64,000 bases of DNA from Williopsis jadinii (Eukaryota), in contig AP024666.1 in the NCBI GenBank assembly GCA_024346625.1, positions 930,001 to 994,000 on the forward strand. The letters run 5' to 3'. The notes below the pieces were generated by a model. The model was given only the letters and a program-made list of their open reading frames with translations. It did not search any database and had not been told where the DNA came from. The position numbers were made by a program, and so were the translations under genes. Below are positions 11,777 through 23,364 of this stretch, in pieces (the first letter of the stretch is position 1; each line of letters opens with the position of its first letter).

Positions 11777-11895
11777 CACACAGTCTATGATCAACACACA
11801 GTCTGTGAGCAACACACAGTCTATGATCAACACACAGTCTGTGATCAACACACAGTCTATGATCAACACATAGTCTGTGATCAACACCCAGTTCA
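11777..11895 (+). repeat. 18-bp minisatellite CACACAGTCTRTGATCAA, about 6.5 copies, just 3' of SFT2
   Basis: Units start at 11777, 11795, 11813, 11831, 11849, 11867 and 11885 (last degenerate). Confidence 0.95.
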
Positions 11896-12185
11896 TGTGA
11901 TAAATACACACTCATCGTATCCGCATACGCATCACCAGTTGAATCCACCGTTGTAATCCTATGTAGCTAGCGACAATCAGGCAGTGTGGGCCTCTGTTCT
12001 TCTCTATGTGCATACTGAATACTACACAGGCAGCTCTTCGCATGCTAAACACAGTAACTTTCCGTTTCCGGGTGTTCTGATGTTTTTTCTCTGTCTGCGT
12101 TGTTGTCGTTGTTTTTGTGTACGCGCGCTCCACTGTTTTGGGCGTTTTTCCAGGGGGGGGGGGCGAGAGCGAGAAAACCTCAATA

Positions 12186-12194
12186 TTCGCCACC
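12186..12194 (-). promoter_or_regulatory. Rpn4 PACE-like site (GGTGGCGAA) in the CDC48 promoter
   Basis: TTCGCCACC on +, one mismatch to GGTGGCAAA; a second AGTGGCAAG-like site near 12326-12334. Confidence 0.55.
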
Positions 12195-12345
12195 GATTGA
12201 TCAAAGCTTCCAAAACACACACGTCAACACAGATCACAGGAAAGTATTTAAACACGGCGGTTAATCCTATTGGAACCTCAATTGTTTATTGATTTGCTTT
12301 TGATCATATTCGTATACGGGAGGAACTTGCCACTGATTCAACACA

Positions 12346-14895
<2,550 letters not shown>

Positions 14896-15161
14896 TCATA
14901 GATTCTGTGAAGATGTTGTTTGCCCCCAACGCCATACATAATGGAAACGAGGCACACAACGATAATTCAAATACAATTATATTGGAACTCGTTCTTTACA
15001 TTACTACATGTAGATTTATAGATATTAAGATTGTCATTGTATTCACTAAATGTGATTTGGTTTGTTCGCTTGCTGTATTCGACCTGCTGTCCAACCCGTG
15101 GAGTTCACAGTGCGCTGAAATTTTACTATCATCTCTGATTAAAGTGGGACTCATTATGCGG

Positions 15162-16061
15162 TCAAACCTTTAGCGTACCAGCGTTGACCAGACTGTTGAA
15201 CGAAGACGCTGGTTTCTTGATCTCCCTCTGTACAACGTTCATATTCTTCGTCTTCAAAGGTTGTACCTCTTCCAGTAGTACTGGCGGTTGTCTCAAGTGG
15301 TTATGTAATGAAGAGTTTGACTGTGCAGATGAGATACTTGAGAGTGTTGATCTTGAGCTGCTTGCAGACATCAGACTTGGCATTGAGCTTAGTGAAGAAG
15401 AAGCAGAAACGATAGAGTCTTGTGCCCTTGGAGTGGCAGATAGCAACGCCGAAAGGCGAGTTGTTGAAGTCGTATTTGCCGGTGTGTAGTACAGCTTTTG
15501 GCGTTGTGCCAGCTGTTCCTGTGCGCGTCTCTTCAAATCCATCTTTATAGGTTCTAAGAAGTATCCTAGTGAGGCGATCAAATCGTCATTTGTGATGGTC
15601 AGGTCCCAATTGAGGTACTCCAGCAACTCACGTTCGATTGTGTTCACCTCCTCAATTTGTAGTAAGCCATCGGTATAAGCAGTCCAATGCTTATTGATTG
15701 GTGACGAATCGTTTAGACTCTTTGCCGTTAGGATCAGACATCCGAGAAAGATTCTATGGCGAGTGGTTTCAATCCCATACACGTTTGAAGGGAGAATAGC
15801 CTTTAGACGTGCCAAATAGACCAAAGTGGACATCAGCGTTGGTGTTTGGACGTTTGAGTGTTTGATCAAGCGACGGATGAACTCGAAAAGCGGCACTGGT
15901 TGTGACAGGCTCTGGGAATATGCACATGGTGAAGATGGTGGTGATGGATACGCGGAGGTCTTCACTTTGATCAGAGAGTTCGTCACGTCAACGAGGTACT
16001 GGACCATCTCAGAGCTGACTCTCTTGCGTTGGAAATGAAGAAGCGCTTCTTTGTCGGACAT
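15162..16061 (-). CDS. PCL2: Pho85 cyclin of the Pcl1,2 subfamily (Pcl2/Pcl9)
   Basis: MSDKEALLHFQRKRVSSEMVQYL, HSNVQTPTLM, GIETTRHRIFLGCLILTAKSLNDSSPINKHW; convergent with CDC48 as in YDL126C/YDL127W. Confidence 0.88.
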   Translation of the reverse strand: MSDKEALLHFQRKRVSSEMVQYLVDVTNSLIKVKTSAYPSPPSSPCAYSQSLSQPVPLFEFIRRLIKHSNVQTPTLMSTLVYLARLKAILPSNVYGIETTRHRIFLGCLILTAKSLNDSSPINKHWTAYTDGLLQIEEVNTIERELLEYLNWDLTITNDDLIASLGYFLEPIKMDLKRRAQEQLAQRQKLYYTPANTTSTTRLSALLSATPRAQDSIVSASSSLSSMPSLMSASSSRSTLSSISSAQSNSSLHNHLRQPPVLLEEVQPLKTKNMNVVQREIKKPASSFNSLVNAGTLKV

Positions 16062-17447
16062 ATTTGGTGACTGCAGTGACTGAGAATGTACAGGACGGTC
16101 TATACGGTGTAATGTGTCTCTCTTCGACGGCTCAGCTGAGGTTGCAGAGATGAACGGGTACCAGCAAGAGACAAGGGAAACAAGAAAAAGTGGTTCGTTG
16201 AAGGTTGTTTTATATGGCTATTGGCGAACCTCTCGAGTGTTTTTTTTTTGCTCTCAGTCTCTCCTCGCTTGTTTACACTCGTGTACCTTTGAGATGCGTA
16301 GTGTGTTGACAAAAGCACCGTGATGTTCTGCAGGTCGCGTGCAAAGGTTTCCCTCAGTGTTTACGCGTTTAAGTGTCAGAAGCAAATTTGAAGGGGTGCC
16401 GTTGCGTGCGTGCGGTTCTAGACGCTACTCTGCTTTCCTCTGTGTAGACGAGCGATATCAACGGTTAAAAGTATGGGAAACTGTGTTCTAATGAGAATGG
16501 GTGGATAATGTATTGGCTTTATAAAACGCTGAGGGTCCTCTGTGTTACGATGTATCTCAACTATTTGGGCGAGAATGCATAGATCAATTTTCGTCTGAAC
16601 CAGCCTCTTTCCTAAAGGAGTAATAATCAGGTTGATCTGGATCACTCGCCTGCATTTTTTCGGTCTCTGTCTCTCGAGCATTGTATCACCATTGGGCTGG
16701 AAACTATTCTCGGGTCCAGCGAGGCTTGGTTGCTCTTGTGATAATCGGGGGTTGACTACAAGAACCAGACTCCCATCTAGAGCGGAACATCTTATTTTTA
16801 TCCAAAGGTTCATCTCCACGAGATATTTTAGAGGTGCTTTTTGCAGTGCGCTGTGTGCCATTTTAGCGTGCGCGCGTCCAGAGATGAAGTGAAAACGAAA
16901 AAACGAAAACAAAAAGAAATGCTCACCTAGCGCGTTTCTCGGCGTGCAACAAACCCCTTCGCATGGGGATTAATATGGGGCGGGCGGTGCATCTTACGCA
17001 GCATAAACGCTTCCAAGGGCCAACGCGGGCTGGTGGTTTATACAACGTGTTACCGCAAGAGATGAGCTCGGATCATACAGTGCATGACACTCCAGACGGT
17101 GGGCTTGCCTGGCCTGGGAAGGTGCGTTGTACAGAACTCTTACACCTTACGGTCATTGTTGTGTTTCGTGCCATATATGCCTCAAGTTTCGCTGTGTTGT
17201 AGTAACGCACAACCTTCAGTGGGCAAAATTCCACGACAGGCCCACCGGCTGTTGGTGGTGAAAGGTTCAACTCGATCGAGGCGCAATTGTCGGCACTGAT
17301 GATAGTTTTGGAAGCCCAGTGGAGCGATGTCAATTGATCTGGAATGATCTGGTGCGTGTGATTGATGCTCCAGAGGCGATGACAGTTAGTACAAGCGTAA
17401 AGCACCACGGTCCCTTTTGAAACAAAGCGGGCGGTCGCAACTGTGGT

Positions 17448-17457
17448 GTCACGTGAC
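17448..17457. promoter_or_regulatory. Palindromic Cbf1/Tye7-type E-box GTCACGTGAC
   Basis: Perfect 10-bp palindrome about 290 bp upstream of the glucoamylase ATG. Confidence 0.65.
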
Positions 17458-17748
17458 TTCCTCTTTTCGGACTATTTCCCGATTCGTTGTGTTTTGGCGC
17501 TCGTTGATAAACTTTTGGCGTCAAAAAGTGTCAAACACAGTTTCTGCTTCTGTTTTTTTATCTCTACATTGCGTTTTTCCGCAACGGAGACGCAAACAGA
17601 ACTTATCTCATCATCAGATAGCCTGAATTATTTGTGTGTGTTTTGTGGCTTCCTCCCCCTTTTGATCTCTTCTGTTTTGCTCCGTGACGGTTTCAACTAA
17701 GCAGCCTGGCACTCTGAGACAACAAAGCACTACAACGTATCACACAGG

Positions 17749-19482
17749 ATGCTTCCAGCTACTGCGCTCTTACTACTGGTCTTATTCGTGGGTTCCCAGT
17801 GGGTCGTTACCCCGGTGTTCAAACGGTTGTTGCCATCTGTAGGCATCACCACTGTGGACTCGTCGATAACGTCTCAGAACAGCACGTTGGTGATGACAGT
17901 GGAGAACTTCAACCTGGCATCTGATCTCAAGTTGTACCATATCCATCCGTACAGAGAGATCTCAAGACATAACTTTGAGAAATGGATCGAGGAGCAGGTT
18001 GAGATTTCATTTGACAAGATCTTGAGGAACATTGGCGATCACAACTGGAGCGAAGATTTGATCTTGGATAACGTGTCTGAAGGTGCGATCATTGCGAGTC
18101 CATCTAGACACCAGCCTGATTATTTCTACCAGTGGATCAGAGATGGCGCAATAACCATCAACTCCGTTACAAACTTCCTAGCGGATGTTGATTCATTCAA
18201 GAACAAGTCGCTACAGTTGACCATTGAGAATTATCTACGCAACAGTCACAGACTACAGCGAACTGATAATCCGAGTGGTAAATATGACGGCCAACTAAAG
18301 AACTTGGGTGAGCCCAAGTTCGAGGTTGATTCGACTCCATTTTGGGGTAATTGGGGCAGGCCTCAAAACGATGGCCCTTCGCTAAGGGTCATTGCAGTGA
18401 GCAATTTTATAAGAAGCTTGGAAAGGTTCAATGGCGCATTGATTCAGACTCATGAGTTCTCTGATGTTGAAGACCTATATCATAGCATCGTAAAGCTCGA
18501 TTTGCAGTATATCTGTCTCTATTGGAAAGATAAAAATTTTGATCTCTGGGAAGAAGTTGACTCCTATCATTTCTTTACATCAATTACGCAGTTGAAGGCT
18601 TTGAAGATTGGTATTGGTCTCTATGAAAAGTTCGAAGATGAAGATATAGAATTTGGTTACAGTTTGAGATCAACTTCTGACATGTTGAACGACTTCATCT
18701 TTAACGAGTCAGGGTTTGTTAACGATGGTGTGAACCACATATTGGAGACTCCATCCATTGTCTATAAGAGAAGCGGACTCGATGCAGCTACATTGCTTGG
18801 CTCTTTACTCACTCACGACGATGACGATGATGGTTGTGACAATGGTTACAACGTAGATCAAGATCCTGTACCGTTTGACGTTACTGATAGATTGGTGTTA
18901 AACACACTCAGCGAAATGGTTAAAGCAATGAAATTCCTATACCCTATAAACAAGGACAGGCTGGATTTGAATCTTGGTGTTGCACTTGGTCGATACCCAG
19001 AGGATGTCTACGATGGGCTTGGAGTCAGTGAGGGAAACCCATGGTTCTTATGTACTTTGGCTGCAAGTGAATTGATGTTCAAGTTGATCCATCGACTCTC
19101 TAACGCGAGACAGGATCTAATCATCGATAGAGGGAACCATCGGTTCTATTTCAACCACATTGTTGAGATTGATGAGGTGTTCCCATACATGACTGGTGCT
19201 CAAAAGAACTACTTGGATTTACAAGTCATAATCCCTTATAACTCTTTGGCTTTCAACCAAACCATTTGGAACATTTTCAAATACGGGGATTCGTTCTTGG
19301 ATGTTGTCAGGGAGCATGTAAGTGATGAGGGATCCATGAGCGAACAGTTCAACAGGTATACTGGGTATATGCAAGGGGCTGAAGATTTAACCTGGAGTTA
19401 TGGTTCATTTTGGAGCACGTATAGATGGCGTAAGAGAGCTTTGGCGATCATTGGTGACAGGCTCACCAAGACGGTTGTGTAA
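17749..19482 (+). CDS. SGA1: Glucoamylase, GH15 (Sga1-like), N-terminal hydrophobic signal/anchor, no starch-binding domain
   Basis: IIASPSRHQPDYFYQWIRDGAI, LGEPKF, WGRPQNDGP, DLWEE, GRYPEDVYDG, GNPWFL, SEQFNRYTG, DLTWSY. Confidence 0.9.
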   Translation: MLPATALLLLVLFVGSQWVVTPVFKRLLPSVGITTVDSSITSQNSTLVMTVENFNLASDLKLYHIHPYREISRHNFEKWIEEQVEISFDKILRNIGDHNWSEDLILDNVSEGAIIASPSRHQPDYFYQWIRDGAITINSVTNFLADVDSFKNKSLQLTIENYLRNSHRLQRTDNPSGKYDGQLKNLGEPKFEVDSTPFWGNWGRPQNDGPSLRVIAVSNFIRSLERFNGALIQTHEFSDVEDLYHSIVKLDLQYICLYWKDKNFDLWEEVDSYHFFTSITQLKALKIGIGLYEKFEDEDIEFGYSLRSTSDMLNDFIFNESGFVNDGVNHILETPSIVYKRSGLDAATLLGSLLTHDDDDDGCDNGYNVDQDPVPFDVTDRLVLNTLSEMVKAMKFLYPINKDRLDLNLGVALGRYPEDVYDGLGVSEGNPWFLCTLAASELMFKLIHRLSNARQDLIIDRGNHRFYFNHIVEIDEVFPYMTGAQKNYLDLQVIIPYNSLAFNQTIWNIFKYGDSFLDVVREHVSDEGSMSEQFNRYTGYMQGAEDLTWSYGSFWSTYRWRKRALAIIGDRLTKTVV

Positions 19483-19620
19483 TTGATCCTTTCATGAGAG
19501 CTGGTTTTGATCTTTCACTTACAACAATTATTTAGAACAAATGACAATGTTACAACTCGCTTTTTTTCTCTATCTATGTTGGTTCTTTACATGTATATAC
19601 AAGACGTCACGGTTGGGATC

Positions 19621-20187
19621 TCACCTCTGAGATTGCCCCCATGTATGGAATTCATCCAACCAGTCCTTCCAGCCACAGTAATCTGTCAGTACTTGTACGC
19701 TTCTGGTTTGAACAATGGACTCGATGTCCCGTTCGTTTTGAATCCACGAGCGCAAGCTATCGATCTGCTCAGTCTTTGCCTGGCTCTCATGGTCCAAATC
19801 CTTCTGAGCGTATGGATCAAGCCTCAAATCTTTATTCTCAATGACGTGCCTCTCAACAGAGGGATCCGTCTGGCTCGACTTGAGCTCCAGTTCCAATTTG
19901 GAAGCTTCGCCCTCACAGTACTCAATCGCCGCCAGCCTGGCTTTCCACGCTGGAAACACAACGCCGTCGAGGAACGAAGAGCACGAGAGGTCGCCTCTCG
20001 TGCTACTCTTAACAGAGCGTGACGTCAAAGAGTTCAACCGCTGTTTCAGCACGTCGTCAACAGAGTGTCTCGAGAGCTGGAGAAAAGAACGCAGTCCCCT
20101 TGCACTGAGACACGATCTCCTGTCCAGCTGAGGGCGCTCCGGCACTGGAGGGAAGTCATCCGCGTTGTCAGCTGTCCATAAGCTCAT
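19621..20187 (-). CDS. MIX23: Mitochondrial intermembrane-space protein Mix23 (CCDC58/Cid2 family)
   Basis: CLSARGLRSFLQLSRHSVDDVLKQRLN, CX14W pattern, LRLDPYAQKD, WIQNERDIESIVQTRS..LTDYC; near SRO77/SEA4 as in YBL107C. Confidence 0.85.
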   Translation of the reverse strand: MSLWTADNADDFPPVPERPQLDRRSCLSARGLRSFLQLSRHSVDDVLKQRLNSLTSRSVKSSTRGDLSCSSFLDGVVFPAWKARLAAIEYCEGEASKLELELKSSQTDPSVERHVIENKDLRLDPYAQKDLDHESQAKTEQIDSLRSWIQNERDIESIVQTRSVQVLTDYCGWKDWLDEFHTWGQSQR

Positions 20188-20477
20188 CCTTCAAACGGTC
20201 TACAGCACTGCTCCGGGTCTCTGTTGATCTTACAACCTCTCCCAGCAATGTGGCCACCTGGACCTTGGCTGAAGGGCTTTGGAACCTTCTGGAAGAAATT
20301 TCGACACTACGCACAAAGCGCAATCTCCAGCTGTGTCTGTGTGTGTCTCTATCACCAAACGAGGGCACACGCAAAGGCAAAGCCGTACAGTAGGAGACGA
20401 GACCATAGAGCAATTGAAGCGTGAACCGCACAGTCCTGCTCAGTTTGCCCATCATTCGCAAGTGACGATAACGGAGA

Positions 20478-22523
20478 ATGGAGTCATTGCACAGAATATT
20501 CAACGACGACGCCCAGCTGGCTGCCTATGTCCACGCTGTTGCGCTTCACCTCACCAAGATCAACGAGTATGCCTCTCATAGGAAGTCGCCGGAGCTCATC
20601 GAGTACAACGTTGGCGGGGTCATCAGCATCGTGGACCGTCTCAGAGCGCTTGCCGCTGCTCGAGGCGAGTTCCACGATGACGAAGGGGAGCTTGCTGTGC
20701 TGCTCCGTGATGCCTGGTTCATCAGAGAGGATGGCCGTCCTCGTGGCGGTGGCGGCGGTGATGTGTTTACGAAGGAGTTCTACAACAGCGATTTCGACCC
20801 TTCCGCCACGTTGGGCATCGCCATCGCCCAGTTGCTCGTGTCGCTCAAGCACGATGTTGATGGCGCTACAGGCCAGATGTTTGAAACGTGTGCGTCTCTG
20901 TTGAGACGGTACAGCGGGTATTTGCAGACAGGCCGTGAGCACTCTGCGATTATGGAGGATGAAAACGGTGATGAGCACTTGTCGCTTGCAAGGTTTTTCA
21001 GAAGCCTGTACCTGTTGAGGGAGGAGCGGTTGAAGGACAACGTTGTTCGCAGCCAGGACCTCCGTAATGAGGGCAATGCTGTGTTCAAGCAGGGGAAGTT
21101 TGGTGCAGCGATAGCCAAATATACAGAGGCCATCTTGCTTGATCCAACAAACTATGTGCTCTATTCCAACAGAGCTGCCTGTTACAACTATCTCAATGCT
21201 GCAGATAGTGCAATCACTGACCTGCTCAAATCCATTGAGCTTAATGAAAGCTTCCAGCCTTCGTGGGCAAGGTTGGGTTATTGTTATCTTGCCCAGGGCA
21301 ATGCTTCAAAGAGTGTTGAGGCATACGTCAAGGCCATTGAATTGGCAAATCAACAGGAATTATTGCCACAGTTTATTCGGAAGCTTGTTGAGTCTTTGAA
21401 CTACGCGGAACAAAGGGCAAGATCCCAAGGAGTGCCGTCATCAGAGTTGGAGAACTTGACTCAGCGTATCCGTGACATTAGAATTAGATACCCTGAACAG
21501 TCAAGATCTCCACTAACTGGAACTTCACCAGTGCCTCAGCAACAGCAGCAACCTCAACAACAAGGAACCTATGGATCTAATGGTAATCAAACCGTTTTCG
21601 GTAGATTCCCAGGCGGCGTGTTCGCTGCGGATGGTGGTGATGGTAACGGTGCTGAAACACTTGGTGGCGACCCACAACAGGTCAATTACCCTGTGTTCAC
21701 TGATGCCACCCAAAACGGTGCTATTCAACAGGCTATTAGCTTCATGATGAACGCCTTTGATCAGAATAATGCTACACAGAATACACAACGAGGTGATGGT
21801 CAAACCCAGCAAAGCACAGCGACTGAAACAAACACACAGCAACACCAAGCCAATAATCAACCAGGTAATATTGGAGCTCAAAGCACAGAACAAACACAGA
21901 ATAACGATGCTGATGAAATGGCAGATGATCCAGAAATATCTCTACCAGATGATTCTCACGAACAACAAGCACAACAACAGCAGCAGCAACAAGGAGATCA
22001 ATCACAGGGCGCAAATAGAATCCAACAACAGCATATACCGCAAAATATCCAGAATGTGCTGTTGGGGGCTCTACCAAACGCTTTGAGAAATACAGTAGCA
22101 CCAATCATAGCACAAACGCTCAGCAATGCACTTGGTGGTGGGCAGAATGGCCAAGGTGCAACGTACACAACGGTAAGCATCTCACCTGATCAGATGAATT
22201 CAAACCAGAGGGGCCTGAGTCAAAGTACCAATTCTGCAAATGCAACTTCCACTACCAACGGTGCAGGTACTAATGCAAGCGTGAATAACAACGCCAACTT
22301 GTCGCCGCTAACAACACCAGGATCAGAACCATCGACAAGCAGGATCGCTACAGAAACGCCTAGTGGCAATACAAGTGATGCAAATGCACCAAGTGCTAAT
22401 TTCATTAATCGTGGATCCTCTACAGAGTCCGGATCAAACACCACACCTTCGGCTTCCGCTTCTGACTCAGCACCAACGCAAGATGGTGATCATGATATGG
22501 ATCACGATATTGATCTCGATTAG
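20478..22523 (+). CDS. Sgt2-like three-TPR co-chaperone-type protein with long Q/N/T/S-rich low-complexity C-terminus
   Basis: LRNEGNAVFKQGKFGAAIAKYTEAILLDPTNYVLYSNRAAC...WARLGYCYLAQGNASKSVEAYVKAIEL; 681 aa, roughly twice canonical Sgt2. Confidence 0.85.
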   Translation: MESLHRIFNDDAQLAAYVHAVALHLTKINEYASHRKSPELIEYNVGGVISIVDRLRALAAARGEFHDDEGELAVLLRDAWFIREDGRPRGGGGGDVFTKEFYNSDFDPSATLGIAIAQLLVSLKHDVDGATGQMFETCASLLRRYSGYLQTGREHSAIMEDENGDEHLSLARFFRSLYLLREERLKDNVVRSQDLRNEGNAVFKQGKFGAAIAKYTEAILLDPTNYVLYSNRAACYNYLNAADSAITDLLKSIELNESFQPSWARLGYCYLAQGNASKSVEAYVKAIELANQQELLPQFIRKLVESLNYAEQRARSQGVPSSELENLTQRIRDIRIRYPEQSRSPLTGTSPVPQQQQQPQQQGTYGSNGNQTVFGRFPGGVFAADGGDGNGAETLGGDPQQVNYPVFTDATQNGAIQQAISFMMNAFDQNNATQNTQRGDGQTQQSTATETNTQQHQANNQPGNIGAQSTEQTQNNDADEMADDPEISLPDDSHEQQAQQQQQQQGDQSQGANRIQQQHIPQNIQNVLLGALPNALRNTVAPIIAQTLSNALGGGQNGQGATYTTVSISPDQMNSNQRGLSQSTNSANATSTTNGAGTNASVNNNANLSPLTTPGSEPSTSRIATETPSGNTSDANAPSANFINRGSSTESGSNTTPSASASDSAPTQDGDHDMDHDIDLD

Positions 22524-23364
22524 TACAGGTTATAGTCAGCAATACATGAATTGTCTTTTTTGGTTTGGAGGTATACTGAAACTCTAAGATAGCATGGCCT
22601 ATGTTCAAAATGCTCTTATTCTCGAAGACATCTCCTAAATCACTCTTGATCCAACATCTCAGTTCCTAACTACTGCGTGCAGACGAGCTGTGCATAGAGA
22701 AAGACCACACGATGACGAAACCTCCTGGTACTTGTCTATATCGACATACGCACAAGCCAACTACATGCCTATGTAGTTGTATGTAACAGTCCTGTATATG
22801 TGGTCAACTCATAAACGTCGCACCGTTGCCATACCGGAGGCACATGTACGGCTCATCTGTTAGGTGATTTGATACACAGCAGCAATTCTTTCAAGGAGGA
22901 GAACGATGAATGTAGTCTGCATGTCTGCAGTTTACATTTGTATGTCTCACACCTAACGTATACGTAGCAATGCACGAGTTGATCCACTAGAGACCACATG
23001 TCGATCACCATATGCAGTCTCCAGAACTTGAGACTAGATTAATGAGAAAGTCTTGGTCCGAGATCTGATCAAGTTCAAGACAGTCATACTTCCAACGTTG
23101 CGTACATATGTGTACGCCTGATCGGGAAGCACTTCATTCTTACGAGGTTTAGAGCCGGTTGTGCATTAAAGCTTGGGACTTTGTTGGTCGGCTTCGCTAC
23201 CCTAGGTCCAATATGCCTTGATCGTCAGTGCTTTGGTCTAGGACAAAAAGTTTGAGACATACTGCCAGATGGGTCTTGCACCAACATCTGTACACATTCA
23301 TACAAGTTGCTTCAAGAGCATTGGATCAAAAGCAAACAGGTGTTATTATTCGAACGTATGTAGC

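Noticed and set aside
11777..11895. CRISPR-like array
   Set aside because: Head-to-tail repeats without unique spacers, eukaryotic context, no cas genes.
12153..12163. G11 homopolymer (also C10 at 46374-46383) as a G-quadruplex
   Set aside because: Single short runs; at most nucleosome-disfavouring promoter tracts.
16418..16912. 164-aa minus-strand ORF in the PCL2/SGA1 gap (and similar ORFs at 58866-59435, 61166-61576, 54303-54758)
   Set aside because: No domain signature, promoter-like composition, mostly near-cognate starts; treated as spurious.
17448..17600. CDEI-like GTCACGTG as a point centromere
   Set aside because: No >90% AT CDEII and no CDEIII CCGAA element at the expected spacing.
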